Positions 10,140 through 16,913 of a stretch of 64,000 nucleotides of DNA are shown here, in pieces. Position 1 is the first letter of the stretch. Every line of letters begins with the position of its first letter. The stretch comes from a virus: positions 32,001-96,000 of the IMG/VR virus record IMGVR_UViG_3300042520_001767. One strand, given 5' to 3'. The translations under genes were made by a program, and so were the position numbers. Below the pieces are notes generated by a model. It worked only from the letters and a program-made list of their open reading frames with translations, was not told the DNA's origin and did not search any database.

Positions 10140-11481
10140 AAAAAAAGCTGACGTTAAGCGGAAGAAAGGTGGCAATAGACCCACCTCCAGGAGTCGTAAC
10201 CTCAATATTTAAATCAATACCGCTTTCTATTTTTTCAATATAATCATTCAAAGCCTTTGCATCACCAATTCTCATTGAGTTTGCGAATTCTCTAATATAT
10301 GTTTTATCTCTCCTCCCGTTAACCTCAACAAGTTGTTTTTCCATTTTATATGTTGCTGTATTATTAACTGGGACACCATTAGTTTTATCCTTATTTATCA
10401 TTTCTTCTAAAATCTCGATATCATTTATAGTTAACACTCTAAATTTAATATCTAATTTAGTTATAGGTAATTTATAATCAAAATAACCATCTTCATCTGG
10501 TTCAGCACCTAAGTCAATGTTTTTTAATTCATTTAAATTAATTTCAGTGTCAAATGGTTGATTAGCTTCATCTAATAAAGTAACAGGATACATTTCACCA
10601 TAGGCGGTAGCCCTTAACCAAATCATAATAGCATTTCTATCTCCAACTGTTAAATCTCTATATCTTAAATCTGGTTCTAGTATTTTTCTATTAATAATGA
10701 TTTCTAAAAATTCACCACTTTCTAATAAATTAGGACTAGTAAGAATATTCTCATCAGCAGTTGTCATATAAGCTAATTTAATATTAGCTTTTTTGTTTTT
10801 ATATAATTTTCCTTTAGAAGGTAACGGAATAACATCAAATGGTGCGTTATAATTAGGTTGACTTAATTCCAATATATAAGGATTTATATTTGAAGGGTTT
10901 TGACCATAATCAGTTGTATTAATTACTGGTGCTTGTAACGGTGGTGTTGGTGGTATATAATTATTATCATTATTAATTGACATACCTTGCGAGTTTTCAT
11001 TCATATTATATATTGGATTTGGTGTATATAACCCATTTTTAGTTTCTGGGTTTTGATTATTTCTACTTGAAGCTTGATTCGCTTGCTGTTGATATCTTTG
11101 AATATTCTCGTTATTAATTCTAATTTGTTCATCACGAAGTTTCATTTGTTCTTCATTTGTTTTTTGTGTCGAATTTTGAGTAACTACTCTAGATGTTTGT
11201 TTTTCAGCTAATCTGATATCTTGAACAACACCAACTTGTTCTATTTGATTTAATTGTTGTTGTGTTCTATTACGCATCATTTCAACAGCACTTGCATGAC
11301 CATTAACACTATAATTATCTGGCGCTTCATTTTGAGATGGTGGTGGGGTTTTAGATTGTTCGTAAATATAATTAGTAACTTGTTTTTTCTCAGCTTCAAA
11401 TTGTTCTTTTCTTTGCTCTTCAGTTAAACTAACTGGTGAAGTTGTTTCCTTTTTAGGGAAAACTTGTGGCTTTTTATCCAT
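10120..11481 (-). CDS. Baseplate hub assembly / tail assembly chaperone (T4 gp26-like)
   Basis: C-terminal domain APFDVIPLPSKGKLY...IKLAYMTTADENILTSPNLL...GDRNAIMIWLRATAYG...FFWP after a long Q/N-rich N-terminus; downstream of the tube gene, upstream of the tape measure. Confidence 0.65.
   Translation of the reverse strand: MDKKPQVFPKKETTSPVSLTEEQRKEQFEAEKKQVTNYIYEQSKTPPPSQNEAPDNYSVNGHASAVEMMRNRTQQQLNQIEQVGVVQDIRLAEKQTSRVVTQNSTQKTNEEQMKLRDEQIRINNENIQRYQQQANQASSRNNQNPETKNGLYTPNPIYNMNENSQGMSINNDNNYIPPTPPLQAPVINTTDYGQNPSNINPYILELSQPNYNAPFDVIPLPSKGKLYKNKKANIKLAYMTTADENILTSPNLLESGEFLEIIINRKILEPDLRYRDLTVGDRNAIMIWLRATAYGEMYPVTLLDEANQPFDTEINLNELKNIDLGAEPDEDGYFDYKLPITKLDIKFRVLTINDIEILEEMINKDKTNGVPVNNTATYKMEKQLVEVNGRRDKTYIREFANSMRIGDAKALNDYIEKIESGIDLNIEVTTPGGGSIATFLPLNVSFFWPNFRV
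10140..10146 (-). other. Candidate slippery site (AGC TTT TTT TGG)
   Basis: Seven T on the coding strand. Frame 0 reads SFFWPNFRV*; the +1 frame reads FFGLTSEYK... and stays open to 9855. Confidence 0.55.
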
Positions 11482-11564
11482 ATTAAAACTTATTTTTATT
11501 TGTTATAACTTTAAAAATAAATATAGATAAATATTTTTTTTTGTAAATGATATTATTATAAAAT

Positions 11565-11594
11565 AAAAAACCATCTATTTCTAGATGGTTTTTT
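11565..11594. terminator. Intrinsic terminator hairpin
   Basis: AAAAAACCATCTA-tttc-TAGATGGTTTTTT just past the stop at 11598. Confidence 0.8.
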
Positions 11595-11597
11595 ATT

Positions 11598-11993
11598 TTA
11601 ATATGGTCCGTAACCATAAGCGGTATCAATATCAGAACCTTCTTGTAATCCTCCTTGACTTTTAACGTGGTTAATCATATTAGAAACATTATTCATACCT
11701 TGATTATTTCTAATATTATTAGCTTTTTCAAATTGAAAATCGTTTGCATAAAATCTTCGTGAACCAAATTCTACAACATATTCCCCACTAGTTTCTCTAC
11801 CAATGTATTCACCTTTAGCACCTGTCATAACTCTTAAAAGTCTATCGATTTCTTTTGGTGGTGCAATCCATACAATTTCATCACCTCTATTAAATTCAAC
11901 ATCTTCTTTAATAATACCTTTAGTTTGTAAGTATCTCTGTTCAGTTAATATATTGGCTTTTTGTAGATTTAATTTTTTATCTATTTTTCTCAT
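11598..11993 (-). CDS. Hypothetical protein (131 aa), possible internal head protein
   Basis: Has its own ATATTTAT motif (12010-12017) and terminator; LTE/IKE/LQE motifs. Confidence 0.6.
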   Translation of the reverse strand: MRKIDKKLNLQKANILTEQRYLQTKGIIKEDVEFNRGDEIVWIAPPKEIDRLLRVMTGAKGEYIGRETSGEYVVEFGSRRFYANDFQFEKANNIRNNQGMNNVSNMINHVKSQGGLQEGSDIDTAYGYGPY

Positions 11994-12037
11994 TTTTTTT
12001 ATGTTTATTATAAATATCTATAAAACAAAAAAACCAC

Positions 12038-13609
12038 CTATAACGATGATTTTTTATCATTTTTTGTATAAACCCATTTTTTATTACCACAGTCGTATAT
12101 CCTATTAACACCTCTTTCTTCCATTATTTTCGATTCAGATTTGTTTTTATCATACCCTTCTTTAACTAAAACATCTTTACGATACTTAAATCTATGTTCT
12201 CTTTTATGTTTTACAATATATGAATAATTTGGTTTTGTTTCATATAAAAAAACAAAACCAATATTTTTATAAATATCACCATTAAAATAACGATTATCTG
12301 AATATGTTATTATTTCTTTAAATTTTATTGTTTTAATAAAATGGTTGAATAATTTTGAAAATCCTCCAATAACACTTGTATTTATTTTATTAGAAAATCG
12401 AATTAATTCGTAAAAACCTTCATCTTTAACGCCACTTAAAACTTTTCTTAAATTACCAAATGTTATAATACTAACCAACTCATCATCATAATATAAACCT
12501 AATCTAATATTTGAATTAGTATATCCTTGAAGATGATTTTCATCAAGAAATTTACGACTATCTTTAACTGATACTTCTTTTATTATACATTTTCTACCAT
12601 ACACTACATTATCTGATAACCCTAATTTTGATTTAATAACACTTTTAACAACATCTTTTTTATAAATCCATTCATCTTCAAAAACATGTAATAAATCAAT
12701 TTTTAAATCTCTACATTTATTAGTTTTATTTAAATGATACTTATTATCTAAAAATTTATTCGAATGCCAATATAACCCATCAAATTCAATCGCTAATCTC
12801 TTATTTTCAATGTATATATCTAATTCAAGTGGAGATATTATTTTTTTAGTTTCTTGTACAATATTTTCATTTGGTAATAAATTAATTATGAAATCAGCTA
12901 ATTCTTTTTGATGAAAACTATCGCTTGAGTTTATTGGATTACAAATAGTACATGGTTTTATATTAATATCTGTTCTGTAATTAAATAAAGTATTATATAT
13001 TTCATAATCATTACCACATGAAGAGCAATTTAAAGTTATATTTGAATCTTCTATATCATATTTAATTAATTTATCAGATGTTTTTAAATCTAACCTTTTT
13101 AATAGATTATCTCTAGTTGTTACTTTATTTTTATTTGAATTATTATAATTTTTAAAACCATAAATTTCTTCTTTTGTTTTTAATGTTTTATTTATATTAT
13201 TATAATTTTCATCACCATATCTTTGTAGTTTAGTTTCTTTTACTTTTAAAATATGTGATTCATGTTGCGGATAATAATCAACACCAAACTTTTCTTTAAC
13301 TTTTTCTACAGCACGTTTTTGTGTGATTTCACTTTCATTAGCACACTTCATAGAACAAAAACTTCTATAACCCTTTGTTATTGAATCTTTGAATTTAACA
13401 TCATTATCACAATTTAAACATTTTTTAATCTCTTTATCATTATATATGAAATGCCAAACTTGTTGTTTAAACGGTAATAAGTTTAAATTATTACTATCAA
13501 TGAATTTTTTTAAATCATTATAAATTCTAGGCTCTTTATTTTTAAGAACGTCTTCTCTAGTTTTCCAACCAGATTTGTTATTTGTAGTAAAAAATTCTAT
13601 ATAGTTCAT
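12038..13609 (-). CDS. Free-standing Hef-like homing endonuclease (Zn-finger, PD-(D/E)xK/Vsr-like core, C-terminal GNAT-like domain)
   Basis: CxxC/FCSxxC pairs; ELDIYI...LAIEFDGLYWHS; YGRKCIIKEV...NHLQG...YELIRF...IYDCG. Confidence 0.7.
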   Translation of the reverse strand: MNYIEFFTTNNKSGWKTREDVLKNKEPRIYNDLKKFIDSNNLNLLPFKQQVWHFIYNDKEIKKCLNCDNDVKFKDSITKGYRSFCSMKCANESEITQKRAVEKVKEKFGVDYYPQHESHILKVKETKLQRYGDENYNNINKTLKTKEEIYGFKNYNNSNKNKVTTRDNLLKRLDLKTSDKLIKYDIEDSNITLNCSSCGNDYEIYNTLFNYRTDINIKPCTICNPINSSDSFHQKELADFIINLLPNENIVQETKKIISPLELDIYIENKRLAIEFDGLYWHSNKFLDNKYHLNKTNKCRDLKIDLLHVFEDEWIYKKDVVKSVIKSKLGLSDNVVYGRKCIIKEVSVKDSRKFLDENHLQGYTNSNIRLGLYYDDELVSIITFGNLRKVLSGVKDEGFYELIRFSNKINTSVIGGFSKLFNHFIKTIKFKEIITYSDNRYFNGDIYKNIGFVFLYETKPNYSYIVKHKREHRFKYRKDVLVKEGYDKNKSESKIMEERGVNRIYDCGNKKWVYTKNDKKSSL

Positions 13610-13683
13610 ATCTTTTTAATTTATTTATGTAAAATTATTAATAAATATTTAGGTAGACAAGGATATGTGTGATTATTTTAAAT

Positions 13684-13722
13684 AAAAAAATCATTATATA
13701 AAATTTATATAATGATTTTTTT
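13684..13722. terminator. Terminator hairpin after the tail tube gene
   Basis: AAAAAAATCATTATATA-aaatt-TATATAATGATTTTTTT. Confidence 0.75.
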
Positions 13723-13748
13723 ATAATTAGTTGATAATCAGATAAATA

Positions 13749-14237
13749 TTAAAAAAGTAATATCGCTCTATCAAACCTCAAAGTAGCTGTAATCTCAGCA
13801 ATTCCATCATCATCCATTGATAAGTCACCAAATCCAACATTTGTTAACATTGTTCCATCCAACAACCATTTCTCAATAACAACACCAGTTGGGTCTAGTA
13901 ACTCTAACTCTACAGGTCTTTTATATCCAGCCGCATAACCTTGACGACCTGTAATAGATTCTGAGTGTAAACGTACCCATTCCATAATTGCTTGTGCAGC
14001 AGATGGACCAATTGGGTCACGAAATGTTACATCAATTGATTCCCAAGTAAATCTACCAATTACCCATGTAGATGTATTTAAAAATGGTATTTCAACTTCA
14101 TTCTGTGTGATTGAAGGTCTTGATGCAGATGATAACCACCATTGTTGGATTCCTAAATCTGCTGGGAAGGTAATTAACCAACGATTCTTCTTTTTCGGCT
14201 CATAAGGGAGCGGCATTTTCATTAAAAGGTCTGCCAT
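13749..14237 (-). CDS. Tail tube protein (T4 gp19-like)
   Basis: YEPKKKNRW...RPSITQNEVEIPFLN...GRFTWESIDVTFRDPI...YKRPVELELLDPTGVVIEKWLLDG...FGDLSMDD...TLRFDRA; 162 aa; downstream of the sheath gene. Confidence 0.85.
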   Translation of the reverse strand: MADLLMKMPLPYEPKKKNRWLITFPADLGIQQWWLSSASRPSITQNEVEIPFLNTSTWVIGRFTWESIDVTFRDPIGPSAAQAIMEWVRLHSESITGRQGYAAGYKRPVELELLDPTGVVIEKWLLDGTMLTNVGFGDLSMDDDGIAEITATLRFDRAILLF

Positions 14238-14312
14238 GTGAATTTTTTATTAATTTTTCTTGTTATTTATTTGTTTTTAAAGATAATTATATATACCTTT
14301 GATTATAAATAT

Positions 14313-15860
14313 ATGGAAATGGAAAATAATTTAAAATATAAAGATTTTTTTTTAAATAATAATAAATCTGGTTGGAAAACGTCTGAAAATAAATTAATAA
14401 AAAATGAAATTGATTTATATAATAAAATAATTATTCATTGTGAAAAAAATAATTTAACTGATATCACATTCAAAGAAAAAATTTGGTTTTTCATTAATTC
14501 AGTAAACACTAAACCAAAATGTTTAGAGTGTGAAAAGTTGTTAAAATTTGGTAAGTCTTTAAATATTGGTTATGGTAAATATTGTTCTTTAACTTGTACT
14601 AATAAAAATTCAGAACATAAAGAAAAAATAAAAATAACTAATAACATTGTATATGGTGGTAACACACCATTTTCGTCTAAAGATGTTATTTCTAAAACAA
14701 AAAAAACAAATATTGAAAGATATGGTGTTGATAATGTGATGAAGTTAGATAGGGTTAAAGAAATTTTTAAACAAGGTTCTTTAAATAAATACGGAACTGA
14801 ATTTCCAGCACAATCTAAAAATACTAAAATTAGAATTGAAAATAAATTAAAGTATGAAAAAATAGAAATAATTAATAGTTGCAATGGTTTATATTCTATT
14901 AAATGTCAAAAATGTAATGAAATTACTATATTTAATAATAATGAAATAAATTATAGATTTAGAATAGATATACCTATTTGTAAAAATTGTTTTAATTTAA
15001 AAAATAACATTAGTTATCCAGAAACTGAAATTTCAGATTATATTAAATCATTTAATATTAATGTAATCGAAAACGATAGAAAAAAATTAAATGGATTAGA
15101 ACTTGATTTGTTAATACCAGAATATAATCTTGCTATTGAATTTAATGGGTTATATTGGCATTCTGAAATATATAAAGATAAAAATTATCATTTAAATAAA
15201 ACACAACAATGCGAAGCAAAAAAAATTAAACTAATCCATATATTTGAAGATGAGTGGTTATTTAAAAAAGATATAGTAAAATCTAGATTAATTAATATAC
15301 TTGGTTTAACCCCAAATAAAATATATGCTAGAAAAACTATAATTAAAGAAATTTCACCTAAAGAATCTAAAGAATTTCTTGATTTTAATCATATACAAGG
15401 TAATGTTAATGCTAAAATAAAATTAGGGTTATATTATGATAATGAGTTGGTTAGTATAATGACTTTCGGTAAAGGTAGAATTATAATGGGTGGTAATTCA
15501 AACCAATATGAACTTCTTAGATTTTGTAATAAATTAAATACAACAGTTATTGGTGGAGCTGATAAATTACTTAAATATTTTATCAAAACATATCAACCAA
15601 AAGAAATAATAAGTTATGCTGATAGAAGGTGGTCACAAGGTGATTTATATGAAAAGTTAGGTTTTAATTTTATTCATAATTCAAAACCTAACTATTTTTA
15701 TATTAATCAGAATATTAGAGAATATAGATTTAAATATAGAAAAAATATTTTAGTTAAAGAAGGGTATGATATAAATAAAACTGAAAGAGACATTATGTTA
15801 GAAAGAAAAATATATAGAATTTATGATTGTGGTGCTAAATTATATAAATTAAATTTATAA
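14313..15860 (+). CDS. Free-standing Hef-like homing endonuclease, paralogue of 12038..13609
   Basis: Same domain order (NNKSGWK...ELDLLI...LAIEFNGLYWHS...YARKTIIKEI...IYDCG). Start moved from 14238 to ATG 14313 (or 14319) to match the paralogue. Confidence 0.7.
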   Translation: MEMENNLKYKDFFLNNNKSGWKTSENKLIKNEIDLYNKIIIHCEKNNLTDITFKEKIWFFINSVNTKPKCLECEKLLKFGKSLNIGYGKYCSLTCTNKNSEHKEKIKITNNIVYGGNTPFSSKDVISKTKKTNIERYGVDNVMKLDRVKEIFKQGSLNKYGTEFPAQSKNTKIRIENKLKYEKIEIINSCNGLYSIKCQKCNEITIFNNNEINYRFRIDIPICKNCFNLKNNISYPETEISDYIKSFNINVIENDRKKLNGLELDLLIPEYNLAIEFNGLYWHSEIYKDKNYHLNKTQQCEAKKIKLIHIFEDEWLFKKDIVKSRLINILGLTPNKIYARKTIIKEISPKESKEFLDFNHIQGNVNAKIKLGLYYDNELVSIMTFGKGRIIMGGNSNQYELLRFCNKLNTTVIGGADKLLKYFIKTYQPKEIISYADRRWSQGDLYEKLGFNFIHNSKPNYFYINQNIREYRFKYRKNILVKEGYDINKTERDIMLERKIYRIYDCGAKLYKLNL

Positions 15861-15881
15861 AATAAATTAATAAAAAAAAAT

Positions 15882-16172
15882 ATGAAAATTACTGAACAAC
15901 AATTATTATCGCAATACAAACTAACAATAGATAAAATTCTAGATGAATGTGAATGGAAAACACATTTCATAAGTCAAGAAATCTGTAGTATTGTTTGTAA
16001 TATCTTAACCAATAACGGGGAAACATTATTAATAACTCCACAATTACTTCATATAATTTACGATAAAAAAGTTAAAGAATTAAATGTAAGTGATGAGATA
16101 TGGCGTAATAATTACGGTGTTCCAGAAATTATTGGAATAATTTATTCTATTTTAGAAAATATTCCTGAATAA
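15882..16172 (+). CDS. Hypothetical protein (96 aa), cassette cargo
   Basis: ATG after an A-rich leader; converges on the 16174 ORF with 1-nt spacing. Confidence 0.6.
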   Translation: MKITEQQLLSQYKLTIDKILDECEWKTHFISQEICSIVCNILTNNGETLLITPQLLHIIYDKKVKELNVSDEIWRNNYGVPEIIGIIYSILENIPE

Positions 16173-16173
16173 A

Positions 16174-16581
16174 TTAATTATCTTTTAAAATATTATTCAT
16201 TAAACTAAAATTATCCATAGTATAACTTAAATTATTTTCTTTTGAATATTTATTGAAGTTACTTGCAATAGAATCAGCTTTATATAACATATCAGGTTTA
16301 ACTAATCCTTTAGCGACTAAATCATCAATTAATTCTTGTCTTTTATTTGTATCTTCTAATGAATTTTTTATTAATTTCATTATATCATCTTTTTTAACAG
16401 CAGCGTCAGCAATAGTTGAATTAAATCCTTTTACATTTAAACCCATTAATTTAGCAACACCTAACAACACCTCGTTAGAATAATTTAAACTTTTTTCTTT
16501 AGATTCCGTTAATATTCTAGATTTTTGCTCATGCAAAATAATTCTATTATATTGTTCGTTTGTTATTTTTAATCGTTTCAT
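16174..16581 (-). CDS. Hypothetical protein, cassette cargo, possible internal head protein
   Basis: Probable start ATG 16581 (MKRLKITNEQY...ILTES), like the N-terminus of 8355..9788; ATATTTAT at 16586-16593. Confidence 0.6.
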   Translation of the reverse strand: MKRLKITNEQYNRIILHEQKSRILTESKEKSLNYSNEVLLGVAKLMGLNVKGFNSTIADAAVKKDDIMKLIKNSLEDTNKRQELIDDLVAKGLVKPDMLYKADSIASNFNKYSKENNLSYTMDNFSLMNNILKDN

Positions 16582-16611
16582 ATCTATAAATATATACAAA
16601 AACAAAAAAAA

Positions 16612-16881
16612 CCAAAAGAGATAATAAGTTATGCTGATAGAAGATGGTCACAAGGTAATTTATATGAAAAATTAAATTTTATAAATACACATAATTCACA
16701 ACCAAATTATCATTATATTATAAATAATAAAAGAAAATATAGATTTGGTTTTAGAAAAAATATATTAATTAAACAAGGTTATAACTCAGATAAAACAGAA
16801 CATCAAATAATGTTAGATAGAAAAATATACAGGATATATGATTGTGGGACTATGGTATATAAAAAAACCCTAAACTATTAA
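16612..16881 (+). pseudogene. Orphan C-terminal 89 codons of a Hef-like endonuclease
   Basis: PKEIISYADRRWSQGNLYEKLNF...KYRFGFRKNILIKQGY...KIYRIYDCGTMVYKKTLNY*; frame intact, no start codon; aligns with the end of 14313..15860. Confidence 0.85.
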
Positions 16882-16894
16882 TTTAGGGTTTTTT
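16861..16894. terminator. Bidirectional terminator
   Basis: AAAAAAACCCTAAA-ctatta-atTTAGGGTTTTTT between the orphan Hef tail and the sheath stop. Confidence 0.75.
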
Positions 16895-16913
16895 ATTTAT
16901 TTAAAATTAGATT

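Larger units (their letters stand above)
15595..16670. mobile_element. ~1.0-kb cassette bounded by 61-nt direct repeats inside the Hef-like gene 3' end
   Basis: 15595-15655 and 16610-16670 match at 58/61 nt; between them lie one Hef C-terminus and two small genes. Confidence 0.65.

Noticed and set aside
14238-14312. Hydrophobic N-terminal extension on the Hef-like ORF; similar extensions at 16582-16605, 24910-24972, 33850-33870 and 61041-61073
   Set aside because: These come from upstream non-ATG or overlapping starts running through AT-rich promoter DNA. Paralogue alignment and promoter position favour the downstream ATGs.
12038-15860. Composite transposon carrying the tube gene
   Set aside because: The flanking genes are nucleases, not DDE, HUH or serine transposases; no terminal inverted repeats or clear target duplication.
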